NCBI GenBank assembly: GCA_046331565.1
Contig: JAXLQP010000007.1
Location: 97,634 to 161,633 of the forward strand
Direction of reading: 5' to 3'
DNA length: 64,000 nucleotides
Source of the DNA: Blastocatellia bacterium
GTDB lineage: Bacteria > Acidobacteriota > Blastocatellia > RBC074
This document shows, one piece after another, positions 41,092-50,108 of the stretch; within the stretch, counting starts at the first letter, position 1; each line of letters starts with the position of its first letter. Below the pieces are notes generated by a model. The model had not been told where the DNA came from. It made no database searches and saw nothing but the letters and a program-made list of their open reading frames with translations. The translations under genes and the position numbers were made by a program.

Positions 41092-41212
41092 GGTGTTGTT
41101 CCTCCTTGCAGGTTTGTGAGGCAATTCGCTGACCAGACCGCCGGGAACGGCCACTGTGATTGAAAACCGATCCGCGTCAGGATGAGCAAAGTCATAACCG
41201 GAGGGTGATGCT

Positions 41213-41803
41213 ATGCGCGTGATGAAAGTCAGCCGGGTCAACCGGCGCGAAACGGCCCGCAAACTGCTGCATGTCGAACTGGAAAAACTGCCGCTCGAAG
41301 AACGCCTCATCGTTGAGCGCTTCATCAGTCGCGGGCGCATCGCGCGCGACGTTGTGCGTGAGTTTGACGAACAACTGACCTTTGGCGAACGCCTGGCTGA
41401 TCGCATTGCCTCGTTTGGCGGAAGCTGGACTTTTATTCTGATCTTCATCGCGGTGCTGGTGGTCTGGATGATCTTCAATGCGCTGGCCCGTCACGCCTTT
41501 GATCCGTATCCTTACATTCTGCTCAATCTGGTGCTGTCGTGTCTGGCTGCGTTGCAGGCGCCGGTGATTATGATGAGCCAGAATCGCGCGGCTGAAAAAG
41601 ACCGGATGCAGGCGCAGAACGATTATGAAGTGAATGTCAAAGCCGAGCTGGAAATTATGCAACTGCACGAAAAGATCAATGAACTGCGCGAACACGACTG
41701 GGTGGCGCTGGTCGAAATGCAGCGGCAGCAGCTTGAACTGCTCGAACGCATGCTGATTGACGGGCGCTGTCGTTCGGGCCTGCCTGACCCCGCTGAGGAC
41801 TGA
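41213..41803 (+). CDS. DUF1003 domain membrane protein
   Basis: TFGERLADRIASFGGSW.F, FDPYPYILLNL.LS.LAA.QAP.IMMSQNR and DYEVN.KAE.EI. Confidence 0.92.
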   Translation: MRVMKVSRVNRRETARKLLHVELEKLPLEERLIVERFISRGRIARDVVREFDEQLTFGERLADRIASFGGSWTFILIFIAVLVVWMIFNALARHAFDPYPYILLNLVLSCLAALQAPVIMMSQNRAAEKDRMQAQNDYEVNVKAELEIMQLHEKINELREHDWVALVEMQRQQLELLERMLIDGRCRSGLPDPAED

Positions 41804-41916
41804 ACTGTTGCCCAGGCCGCCGGTCAGGGCCGATTGCATTCGCGGTTCGTCCTGGCTAAGTTCAGGCCTGCCGTGGCGGCGATTGCCTGGCCGGTAGTCA
41901 GATCAAACGGATTGTC

Positions 41917-42348
41917 ATGAACGAATACTTTCGCAAGTTTGCTGAGAAAATCTCGGAAATCACCGGTTCATCGTGGACGTTTGTGGTGTTTCTGCTGGTT
42001 CTGGTGGTCTGGTTCGCGGCGGGTTATGCGCTGCATTTTCCTGAGCGGTGGCAGACCATCTTTGACAACACCAGCAGCATTCTCTTTCTGCTGCTGCTCC
42101 TGCTGATGCAGAGCACGCAGAACCGCGACAGCCGGGTGCTGCATCTCAAGCTTGATGAACTGCTGCGCGCCGTCGAAGGCGCGCGCAAAGGCATGGTGCA
42201 GCTTGAAAACCTGGCCGACGAAGACCTCGAAAAACTCGCGGTCGAGTTCGAGCGCCTGCAACGCGAACACATCAAAGCTGACGGCATCAGCAGCAGCGAC
42301 GAATCGGCCAGTGCCGCTGATGAAGCGCAAACACCGCAAAGCAACTAA
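41917..42348 (+). CDS. Low-affinity iron permease family (Fet4-like, PF04120)
   Basis: F.KFA...GS...F, WQ...NT.., Q.TQNRD...LHLKLDELLRA.EGAR. Confidence 0.85.
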   Translation: MNEYFRKFAEKISEITGSSWTFVVFLLVLVVWFAAGYALHFPERWQTIFDNTSSILFLLLLLLMQSTQNRDSRVLHLKLDELLRAVEGARKGMVQLENLADEDLEKLAVEFERLQREHIKADGISSSDESASAADEAQTPQSN

Positions 42349-42448
42349 GCAAAGACGAAGGGACGCAGAAAAAATCCTGCCACAGACCGCCGCGCCGTCC
42401 CTGACAAATCCTTCCCGCGTCCCCTGGTTGTGAAATCAGATCGTCCGG

Positions 42449-42772
42449 TTACTTCTGTTTAGCGATGATCTTGTCGGCGATCTTTTTGTAGGTGGCTTCG
42501 GGAATGATCTTTTTCGAGACGAGTTCATTCTTGGCCTTGTAGGGGCGGCCCTTGATGATCTTGTCTGCATAAGCATCACCAATGCCGGTCAGCGTCATCA
42601 GTTGTTCTTTGGTGGCCGAGTTCAGATCAATCAGGTTTTGCTGGCTGGTGGCTTCAGGCGCTTTTTTCTGCGGAGCTTTGGAATCGGCTTTCTTCTGTGC
42701 CGGGGCCATGACGGCCAGGCACAGCGCCAGCGCCATCAGCAGCGCGAGATTGATCAGGGTAGTTTTTTTCAT
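42449..42772 (-). CDS. Secreted helix-hairpin-helix protein (ComEA-like)
   Basis: Signal peptide, IDLNSAT.EQL..L.GIG.AYA.KII.GRPY..K.ELV.K.I. Confidence 0.9.
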   Translation of the reverse strand: MKKTTLINLALLMALALCLAVMAPAQKKADSKAPQKKAPEATSQQNLIDLNSATKEQLMTLTGIGDAYADKIIKGRPYKAKNELVSKKIIPEATYKKIADKIIAKQK

Positions 42773-42876
42773 GGTCTTTTCCTTTCGGTCAAAGGGGGTG
42801 GTTGATGTTGGTACTGCGGTAGTGAATGCGACAGCAATGTACGACAGAAAGAGTGCAGGGGACAGCCGCGCCTGAC

Positions 42877-44319
42877 TTATCGCAGCGATCTGCCAACGGC
42901 CTGTTCAAGCTGCCACAGGCTGTTCTGGTAATCGGCGCGAGCCTGATTGTAAGCCGTGATCGCCTGATTATAAGAACGCTGCGCGTCGAGCAGTTCGAGC
43001 AGGCTCGACGCGCCTTCCCTGAAACTGAAGGCGGCGATGCTGCGCAGCTTGTCCATCTGCGTCAGGTTTTGCGAATTATAAAGTTCCAGCGTGCGCCGCG
43101 CCGTCAGATATGACTGATAAGCTTTTTCGACATCGGTGACGGTCTGCGTTTCGGCCTGACGCAACTGCGCTTCGGCGGATTTTTGCAGGGCTTCGGCCTG
43201 CGTGATTTCAGCCAGATGATTGTTGTGCACAAACAGCGGAACCGAGACGACCGCGCCCACGCTGCTGTCTGAACCGACGTGCTGATATTCGACGCCGACC
43301 GAAAGATCGCGGGTGCGCTGCGCGCGGGCGAGCGAAACGGCATATCCGGCGGCATCAAGCAGGTGACGCGCGGCCTGCACATCGGGCCGCTCACTGAGCG
43401 CAGTCTGACGCAGTTCAGCCAGCGACAGACTGACCGGCTGAGTATTGAAAGTGCTGATGATTTCGAGCGGCGCAAGCCGCAGCGAATCGGGCCACTGCTG
43501 ATCCGGACTGTTGCCGCGACTGAGCGCGGCCTTCTCGAATTTCACTTCACTCTCTGCGCTGACGGCTGCGACTTCTGCGGCGACCTGATCGGGTTTTGCG
43601 CCGAGCAGGTTCAGCACATCGCGCGCGGCCTGTTCATAACTGGTGCGCGCCTGCAACACGGCCTGCTGGTATTGCAGCAGCCCGGCCCTGATGCGAAAGA
43701 TTTCAACGCCTGCCAGATCGCCGTTCTCAACTCTGACTTCGGTCAGCTTTGCTGTCTGTTCGTACTGCTGTTCGGTGGCTTCAGCGAGCAGCAGATTTTC
43801 GCGGGCGAGCGTGGCTGCCGTGAACGCCTGGCGCAACTGAAAAAGCTGTGTGCGCACGGCGTCGAGCATCTGCGCTTCAGCGGCTTTGAGTTGCGCGTCG
43901 GCCTGTTCGGTGCGCAGTTCGCGTTTGCCGCCGCGTTCGATGGTCTTGTCCACGCGCACGGTGTAAGTCGAAGCCGCCGCCTGATTCGGATCGGTGTGCG
44001 CGAGGTTGTGCAGGAAGTTGCCGTTGAGCGCAAGCTGTTCAGCGCCGATGGTCAGCACCGGATTGGGTTTGTACCCGGCAATGAGTCGCGCCGCGCGACT
44101 GGCGTCAATCTGATAGCGCGCCGCCAGCAGCGTCAGGTTGCGTTGCAGCAGCAGTTGTTCGGCGGCTTCAAGCGTCAGGCGGCGCGGAATCGCCTGCGCC
44201 TTAACCGGCGGCGTCACCGTCTGTGCTGAAACATTGGGCGCAGACAGCCACAGCAAAATCAGCAGCGAAAATGTTCCGGTGTGATTTCTGAATTCGCGCA
44301 TTACTTCTCTGGCGCGCAT
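42877..44319 (-). CDS. TolC/CzcC family outer-membrane channel
   Basis: Signal peptide, LTLEAA....L..N..L.AAR, E.GGKR..R, RPD..AA, G.VVSVPLF..N and Y..G..SLLELLDAQR. ATG 44319 follows the GGAG RBS. Confidence 0.9.
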   Translation of the reverse strand: MRAREVMREFRNHTGTFSLLILLWLSAPNVSAQTVTPPVKAQAIPRRLTLEAAEQLLLQRNLTLLAARYQIDASRAARLIAGYKPNPVLTIGAEQLALNGNFLHNLAHTDPNQAAASTYTVRVDKTIERGGKRELRTEQADAQLKAAEAQMLDAVRTQLFQLRQAFTAATLARENLLLAEATEQQYEQTAKLTEVRVENGDLAGVEIFRIRAGLLQYQQAVLQARTSYEQAARDVLNLLGAKPDQVAAEVAAVSAESEVKFEKAALSRGNSPDQQWPDSLRLAPLEIISTFNTQPVSLSLAELRQTALSERPDVQAARHLLDAAGYAVSLARAQRTRDLSVGVEYQHVGSDSSVGAVVSVPLFVHNNHLAEITQAEALQKSAEAQLRQAETQTVTDVEKAYQSYLTARRTLELYNSQNLTQMDKLRSIAAFSFREGASSLLELLDAQRSYNQAITAYNQARADYQNSLWQLEQAVGRSLR

Positions 44320-44350
44320 GCTCAACTCTCCTGAACTCTGAAAGAAAAAT

Positions 44351-45442
44351 TCATCGCGTCATCGCGGCGCTGATCTCCTGTCTGATCGAATGCAGCGTCA
44401 TCCCGCTGCGCGCCAGCGCGACAAATCCGGCCAGCAGCAGCGGCACTGTCAGCAGCACAAAGACAACCAGCGAAAAACCCGTCGCCAGTGCCTTGTCCAC
44501 GCCAAACAGCGTCAGCCCGATGACCGTGAAAAACTGATACGAACCGGCATTGCCCGGCGCGCTCGGAATCGCCGTACTCAGATGCACGATCAGAAACACA
44601 ATCACTCCGACCTGAAACGGCACGCGCAGCCCGTACCCGATCATCACCATCCAGAACGCCAGCATTTGCAGGCCGAGGAACGCGAGCGAAAGCAGAAATG
44701 ACCAGTAAAAACCGGGCGTGCGCCTCATCCGGCCCAGGTGATGGCTGATGCGTTCGAGCATCAGCATCAGTGAACGCCAGGGCCGCCATTGCATCAGCCG
44801 CGAAGACTGCGGCGCTGAGGTTGATTTTCTGAAAGCCAGCACGATGAACAGTACTGTCGTCATCAGCATCAGCAGCCCGAACGTCTGCGCCGTTGCGCGC
44901 AGGCTGCCAGGCAGCGGAATGAAGCAGGCTGCCGCAGCAATGCCGATGGTCATCCACAAGCCGTCAAAGAGCCGTTCGATAATCATCGAAGGCACAATGG
45001 TCATCATCGTCGCGCCCATTCGTCGCGCAGCCAGGTAAGCGCGCACCAGTTCGCCCGCGCGCATCGGCAGCACTTCGTTGACGAACAGGCCGGTATAGAC
45101 GACCTGCGTTGATTGCAGCGTGGAAATTTCACCGGCAGGTTTGAGCAGCAGCTTCCAGCGCCAGCCCTGGCAGGTATAGCTCAGCACGTCGCACAACATC
45201 CCGGCCACGATCCACCACCAGTTGACGTGCCGCAACTGCGCGGCGAGTTGTGCCGGATGAACATCGTGCAGCACCCAGATCAGCCCGGCCAGCGCAAACA
45301 GATAACCGATGAGCGAATGCGAAGCGCGCAGCGGCGGTTGCGAGCCGATCTCAGCCGCGCCGCTCTGAGCCGTGTCAGGCGCGCCGAAGCTGCCCGCGTG
45401 CGTCAGGCTCCATTCGCTTTCAGCATTCATCCGCTGATCCAT
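44351..45442 (-). CDS. Lysylphosphatidylglycerol synthase TM / flippase-like protein (UPF0104)
   Basis: RWKLLL, G.F.N.VLP.RAGE..R.Y, ERLFD and IPSAPG..G.Y. Confidence 0.85.
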   Translation of the reverse strand: MDQRMNAESEWSLTHAGSFGAPDTAQSGAAEIGSQPPLRASHSLIGYLFALAGLIWVLHDVHPAQLAAQLRHVNWWWIVAGMLCDVLSYTCQGWRWKLLLKPAGEISTLQSTQVVYTGLFVNEVLPMRAGELVRAYLAARRMGATMMTIVPSMIIERLFDGLWMTIGIAAAACFIPLPGSLRATAQTFGLLMLMTTVLFIVLAFRKSTSAPQSSRLMQWRPWRSLMLMLERISHHLGRMRRTPGFYWSFLLSLAFLGLQMLAFWMVMIGYGLRVPFQVGVIVFLIVHLSTAIPSAPGNAGSYQFFTVIGLTLFGVDKALATGFSLVVFVLLTVPLLLAGFVALARSGMTLHSIRQEISAAMTR

Positions 45443-45450
45443 CGTTTGTA

Positions 45451-45482
45451 TTCATTCGTGAAAATTCGTGTTCATTCGTGGC
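45451..45482. repeat. CACGAAT-family half element
   Basis: TTCATTCGTGAAAATTCGTGTTCATTCGTGGC, near-identical to the right arms at 54388-54418 and 58538-58571. Confidence 0.8.
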
Positions 45483-45490
45483 CGCTTTTC

Positions 45491-47275
45491 TCACCGCCCT
45501 GATCTGCCGCGTATTTCTGAAATGCGGCTCAGCGCAAGGCCGAGCTTTGGCAGATCAGTCACGTGACGGTAAAGCACGTAACGCGGTTCCCAGATGTCAG
45601 CGAATTTTGCCTTGTAAGAGCGCAGCCCGCCAAAGCTGAACAGAAAAGTCAGCCGCTGAAAAAACAGGTGCAGCGCCTTTTCGGCAGAAGTCGCCGCTTC
45701 GTGATCCTGAAAGCCGCCGAGCGGGGCCATCCCCAGATTGAGCCGCGTGAAGCCCTGTTCTCTGAGCAGCGCAATCAGCTTCAGCAGCAGAAAGTCCATC
45801 ACTGCGTTCGGCGCATCCACGCGATGACGCATCAGGTCAAAGGTCGCTTCACCGGCGCGGTATGACGGAATGATATTGACGAAAGCGAGCAGGCATCCGG
45901 TGGCGTCTTCGACCGTGACGATGGGCGTTGCGCGCAGGTAATGCGGATCGAAACTGCCCAGCGTGAAGGTGCGTTCGCGGCGACCCGGCAGCGTCAGCCA
46001 GTCATCTGAAATTTCGCGCAACTGCCTGAGCAGTTCATCGCTGACCGGCGCCTGGTGAAAGCGCTGGCGAAAGCCTGCTTTCTCGAAATGATTCAGACAA
46101 TGGCGCAGCTTCTTGTTCGCCCTGCCGTCAAGATTGAACTTCGTCAGATCCACAATCGCTTCGTCACCGACCTTCAGCTTTTTGAAACCGAGTTGCTGAT
46201 AAACGGGCAGGAAGTCAGGCAGCGTCTGATGAAACGCCACGCCCCAGCCGTTGTCTTCGCACCAGGAGCGAAACTGCTCAATTGTTGCGGCGAGTTCTTC
46301 AGGCGGCCCGACCGGATCGGCCAGCACAATCGCAAAGTGCGCGGCCACGCGATAGGCCACAAAGCTGCGGCCCGATTCGCTGAAAAAATACGATTTGTCC
46401 GGCCACAGCTTGAAATAATCGAGCGCCGCGCGCCCGTACTGGCTGGTGAGCGCCTGCGCCCTGACGCGTTCGTGCGGCAGCGTGTGAAAGCGATAAATGA
46501 TGGGGCGAAAGAGCGCAAACCCGGCATAGAGCAGCGTCGCCGTGCTGATGACATACAGCGAATCGAGAAACCAGGCCGCATACCGCGTGTGCGGCGTGAG
46601 ATGCGCGTCACCGATGAAAGTCAGAAACAGCAGCGTGCGATGAATCGAATCAGCCCAGTTGAAATTGATGCCGAACTGCCGCCGGTCAAGCAGCCAGAAT
46701 CCGCCGACGCCATAACCAAAAGCGGCCAGCGTGGCAATGCTCATTCTGAGCAGTACGCCGCGCCAGTCGGGCGGGCTGCTGCGCACCGTGAAACTGCGAT
46801 GCGTGGCAATCAGCACCACGCCGAGCAGCAGCGCAAGCAGCGCCTGGCCTGTGTCCTGGCGCGGCCCCAGGTGCAGCACGAATGACAGCGCCGACAGCGC
46901 CAGCACCAGTTGATAAGCGCGCTGCTTGCGTTTGTGAATGTTGATGGCTGAAACGATCAGCGCAAAACCGATGAGCAGTTGAAAAGAGCGGGGGAACTGA
47001 AAGAATTCAAGCGGAACGAAGTGATGCAGCCGCCCGCGATGCGCGTGTGGCGGCGGCGTGATGACCAGCCAGAGATTGATGATGCCGCTGCCGAGCGTGA
47101 CGAGCGTCACCAGCCGGATCAGCGTCCGGCGTTTGAAAAGAAGCCGCAACCATCGTTTGTGCGGCGCAATTCCGGTCTGTTCGCTGAGGCCGGATTCAGT
47201 GGCTGCTTCTGCCGCAATGAGATTTTCTGCCGTTTCATCTTCCGGCAGTTTGATGTCGGGGGCAGTGTGAAACAT
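45491..47275 (-). CDS. Phosphatidylglycerol aminoacyl(lysyl)transferase, MprF C-terminal/DUF2156 type with short TM region
   Basis: TM block, then DKSYFFS, DPVGP, G.EAI.DL..F.L.G, DLMR, NLGMAPL and GLRSYKAKF...WEPRY. Confidence 0.88.
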   Translation of the reverse strand: MFHTAPDIKLPEDETAENLIAAEAATESGLSEQTGIAPHKRWLRLLFKRRTLIRLVTLVTLGSGIINLWLVITPPPHAHRGRLHHFVPLEFFQFPRSFQLLIGFALIVSAINIHKRKQRAYQLVLALSALSFVLHLGPRQDTGQALLALLLGVVLIATHRSFTVRSSPPDWRGVLLRMSIATLAAFGYGVGGFWLLDRRQFGINFNWADSIHRTLLFLTFIGDAHLTPHTRYAAWFLDSLYVISTATLLYAGFALFRPIIYRFHTLPHERVRAQALTSQYGRAALDYFKLWPDKSYFFSESGRSFVAYRVAAHFAIVLADPVGPPEELAATIEQFRSWCEDNGWGVAFHQTLPDFLPVYQQLGFKKLKVGDEAIVDLTKFNLDGRANKKLRHCLNHFEKAGFRQRFHQAPVSDELLRQLREISDDWLTLPGRRERTFTLGSFDPHYLRATPIVTVEDATGCLLAFVNIIPSYRAGEATFDLMRHRVDAPNAVMDFLLLKLIALLREQGFTRLNLGMAPLGGFQDHEAATSAEKALHLFFQRLTFLFSFGGLRSYKAKFADIWEPRYVLYRHVTDLPKLGLALSRISEIRGRSGR

Positions 47276-47295
47276 CGGTGGTCAAAAAATGAAAA

Positions 47296-47395
47296 CCACG
47301 AAGTTCACGAAGATCACGGGGCGAAAGCAACAGAGTGGTCGCTACCGTTTCCCCTCACGCCATTACCTGCCCCGTGATCTTCGTGAACTTCGTGG
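47296..47395. repeat. CACGAA-family perfect 27-bp inverted repeat
   Basis: CCACGAAGTTCACGAAGATCACGGGGC (47296-47322) and GCCCCGTGATCTTCGTGAACTTCGTGG (47369-47395). Confidence 0.85.
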
Positions 47396-47572
47396 AAGTC
47401 GTGACTGCTGAATTTTGCGCCGACAAAAGCCCGCTGATGCTCAGCCCTGGCGCGGCGCTGTGGCCAGGCTGTTTTGTGGTCAGCAGCCGAACCCGAATGA
47501 TCAGTTCAGCATTTACCGGGGGTCTGAAACTGACCGCCGTTATTCAATGTCCGGCCACTGATCACAAACCCG

Positions 47573-47935
47573 CTATTTCTTCTTCGCGGCGGCCTGCACG
47601 GTGATGTTGTTGGTCACCTGTTTCGCGCCGCAGCTTTTGGCAATGCCGTTGACGGCACCCTTGCTGCCGCCGTTTTTGGCCGTTCCGGTAAAGGTGGCGA
47701 CTCCGCCGCTGACGCTGACCTGAAAGCCCTGATCCTTGAGCTTCGGCGCGGCAGCGAGCTTCTGCTGAATGCAGGACTGAATATCGGCATCGCTTTTCGG
47801 TGCCTGTGTTTTGGCCGATTTGGCCGGTTTGGCCGGTTTGGACTGAGCAGTGGACTGCGCAAAGGCGCTCAGCGACAACACCACTGCCAGCATCAAAGCT
47901 CCCGTCAGACTGGTTATCAATGACTTGCGATTCAT
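47573..47935 (-). CDS. Secreted BON-domain protein
   Basis: Signal peptide, Ala/Lys/Pro linker, SDADI...I..KL...P.L....QVSVSGGVATFTG...G...V.NNI.V. AAGGAG RBS. Confidence 0.88.
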   Translation of the reverse strand: MNRKSLITSLTGALMLAVVLSLSAFAQSTAQSKPAKPAKSAKTQAPKSDADIQSCIQQKLAAAPKLKDQGFQVSVSGGVATFTGTAKNGGSKGAVNGIAKSCGAKQVTNNITVQAAAKKK

Positions 47936-48038
47936 GCTGAATGTTGTCTCCTTCTTCCTCTTTGTTGATCAGTCGGTCTGTGCGACGACAGCAGGCCTGC
48001 CAGAGGCGGCTCATTAACCTGCTGCTGCCTGTGCTGCT

Positions 48039-48054
48039 CGCAATGGCAGTGCCA
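48039..48054 (-). promoter_or_regulatory. Sigma54 promoter for the BON gene and the downstream MprF-TolC block
   Basis: Minus strand reads TGGCAC-TGCCA-TTGCG. Confidence 0.85.
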
Positions 48055-48362
48055 GAGTTCTGAAGGCGTGGTCAGGCAGCGCGCCCGGCTGACGAAAACT
48101 GCTGTCAAATCAGGACGAAAACCTTTTTGGAATGGCCGTTGATGAGAACCCTCAACGGGATGAAGGACGTCGCGTGATCCTGACGTTTTCGCCACACCTG
48201 GCGCAGCTTTGTACATATTTGACACTTGCTCCGGCAGATGAAATCAGCCCGGCTGATCAGGCCACCGGCAGGAAATGGAAAAACCAAATGCAATGCCTGG
48301 GCATCTTTCTGTCCGTTCATCTGTCGGCTCTTACCTGCGCTGCCGACAGATACTTTCGCGCC

Positions 48363-48378
48363 TGGCACCGCGCTTGCA
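48363..48378 (+). promoter_or_regulatory. Sigma54 promoter for the kinase/NtrC operon
   Basis: TGGCAC-CGCGC-TTGCA, about 45 nt upstream of TTG 48424. Confidence 0.85.
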
Positions 48379-48423
48379 CTAAAACGTGGCGGATCAGTCT
48401 GGTACGATAGGAGCGTGCATCCA

Positions 48424-49992
48424 TTGAAGCTTCATACCAAAACCACGCTGCTGGCTTCGACCATCACGGTCGCGGTGCTGATTGCTGCGCTGGTGACGAT
48501 CAGCGCCCGTGTCGTGGACGTGGTGCACGAAGATCAGAAGGAACGGGCGCGGCTGTGGGCCGTCAATCTGGCCGGGCATCTGACCGACCTGTCTTCGTTG
48601 CAGGCGAGCCATGACTTTCTGCGCTCAGCGAAACTGATTCGCGGCGGGCGGCCCGGTGTGGTCGGGGTGCGAGTCTGGAAGAATGTCGGCAGTGACTTTA
48701 TCGAAGACGAAGCCGCAGAAGGCAGCACTCCGGCTGAAACGATTCCGGCTGGAATCCAGGCGGCGCTGCGCGCCGGGCAGGTGGCTGAAACCGTGAGTGA
48801 AAGTTATTCCGGGCCGAACGATTCGCACTATCACGTTTATGCGCCCATCCTCGATAAAGGCCAGGTCAGCGGAGCCGTCGAAATCATCGAACGTCTGGAC
48901 GATCTGCCGTCGGTCGTGCTGAGTTATGCGCGCCAGGCGCTGTGGCTGGCGCTGACCGCCGTGGTGCTGATTACGCTTTCGATTTACCTGCTCTTTCGTC
49001 ATCTGATTTATCGCCCGATTGAAGGTTTGCTGGAGGTGATGTCGCGCGCGCGGGCAGGCGAACTTGACGTGCAGGCGCCGGAGCGACGGATGGACGAGAT
49101 CGGACGACTGTCACAGAAATTCAACAGCCTGCTCGGTCAGATCAATGAGATGACCAGCGAACGCGAACGCCAGCAGCTCAGGCTGCGTGAGCGCGTGCGT
49201 GAAGCGACCGCACAGCTTCAGCAGCGCAACGAACAGCTTGAAGCCACCAACCTGGAATTGTGGCAGACCTCGCGCCGCCTGACGCAGCTTGAACGCCTCG
49301 CTGCCGCCGGACAAACCGCCGCCAAATTCGCCCACGAAGTCGGCACTCCGCTCAACCTGATCAGTTGTCACGTGCAGTTGCTGCGCGATGAACTTTATCA
49401 GGATCCTGAAGCGGCTGACGCGCGCACTGAAATCATCAGCGAACAGATTGACCGCATCGAACGCATCGTGCGCCTGATGCTTGACCGCACGCGCATGGAA
49501 TCAGCCGAACTGTCGCCGCTCAATCTGAATGCGCTGATCGAACGCATCTGCACCGCCACGCGGCCCACGCTTGAAGCGCGCAATGTGCAATGCGAACGCT
49601 CGCTTGACCCCGCGCTGCCGCCGCTCGCCGGTGATGCTGATCGTTTGCAGCAGGTCTTTATCAACCTCATCAACAATGCGCTTGACGCGATGCCTGACGG
49701 TGGCCGTTTGCAGATCGGCACCCGTCTTGTCGGCCCGGTCGAAGGTAACGGGCACGGCCCGCACATTCTGGTTGAAGTGGCTGACACGGGTTGCGGGATG
49801 AATGCTGAAACGCGCGCGCACATCTTCGACCCGCTCTACACGACCAAGGAGCGGGGCCGGGGAACGGGCCTCGGCCTCGTCGTCGTCAGCCAGGTCATGC
49901 ACGAACACAAAGGCGAAATCGAGGTCGAAAGCGAACCGGGACAGGGCACGCGGTTCAGATTGCGCTTCCCGGCAGCCACCGCAAGCCCCTGA
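48424..49992 (+). CDS. Two-component sensor histidine kinase (TM, periplasmic domain, TM, HAMP, HisKA, HATPase)
   Basis: HAMP (RPI..L...M, DEIG.L...FN), FAHEVGTPLN, QVFINLINNALDAM and GTGLGL. Start moved to TTG 48424 (AGGAG RBS, downstream of the promoter). Confidence 0.9.
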   Translation: MKLHTKTTLLASTITVAVLIAALVTISARVVDVVHEDQKERARLWAVNLAGHLTDLSSLQASHDFLRSAKLIRGGRPGVVGVRVWKNVGSDFIEDEAAEGSTPAETIPAGIQAALRAGQVAETVSESYSGPNDSHYHVYAPILDKGQVSGAVEIIERLDDLPSVVLSYARQALWLALTAVVLITLSIYLLFRHLIYRPIEGLLEVMSRARAGELDVQAPERRMDEIGRLSQKFNSLLGQINEMTSERERQQLRLRERVREATAQLQQRNEQLEATNLELWQTSRRLTQLERLAAAGQTAAKFAHEVGTPLNLISCHVQLLRDELYQDPEAADARTEIISEQIDRIERIVRLMLDRTRMESAELSPLNLNALIERICTATRPTLEARNVQCERSLDPALPPLAGDADRLQQVFINLINNALDAMPDGGRLQIGTRLVGPVEGNGHGPHILVEVADTGCGMNAETRAHIFDPLYTTKERGRGTGLGLVVVSQVMHEHKGEIEVESEPGQGTRFRLRFPAATASP

Positions 49993-50108
49993 AAGGCAAA
50001 AATCAAAAGTTAAAAGGTCGGCACTTTTTCTTTTCAGATGGAAGCCTTTTTCCGAATCCCGCTTTTGCCTTTTCCTTTTGATTTTCAGCTTTCAGCCTTT
50101 TGATTTTT
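49991..50108. repeat. Inverted A-rich / T-rich heptamer-like arrays
   Basis: GAAAGGCAAAAATCAAAAGTTAAAAGG ... CTTTTGCCTTTTCCTTTTGATTTTCAGCTTTCAGCCTTTTGATTTT between the kinase and regulator genes. Confidence 0.65.

Noticed and set aside
41120-41135. Sigma54-like TGGTCAGCGAATTGCC (-) upstream of DUF421
   Set aside because: GG-N10-GC spacing is right, but the -24 box deviates and the predicted TSS would be only about 18 nt from the ATG. Not called without TSS data.
42449-42772. Competence locus
   Set aside because: Only a lone HhH protein is present, with no comEC or pilus genes nearby.
48226-48423. N-terminal extension of the kinase given by the ORF track (likewise for prs, hsp20, DUF421, cytochrome c, IorA and the VPS10 protein)
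   Set aside because: The extensions overlap promoters or neighbouring genes and lack RBSs. Downstream starts have good RBSs and restore signal peptides or family N-termini.
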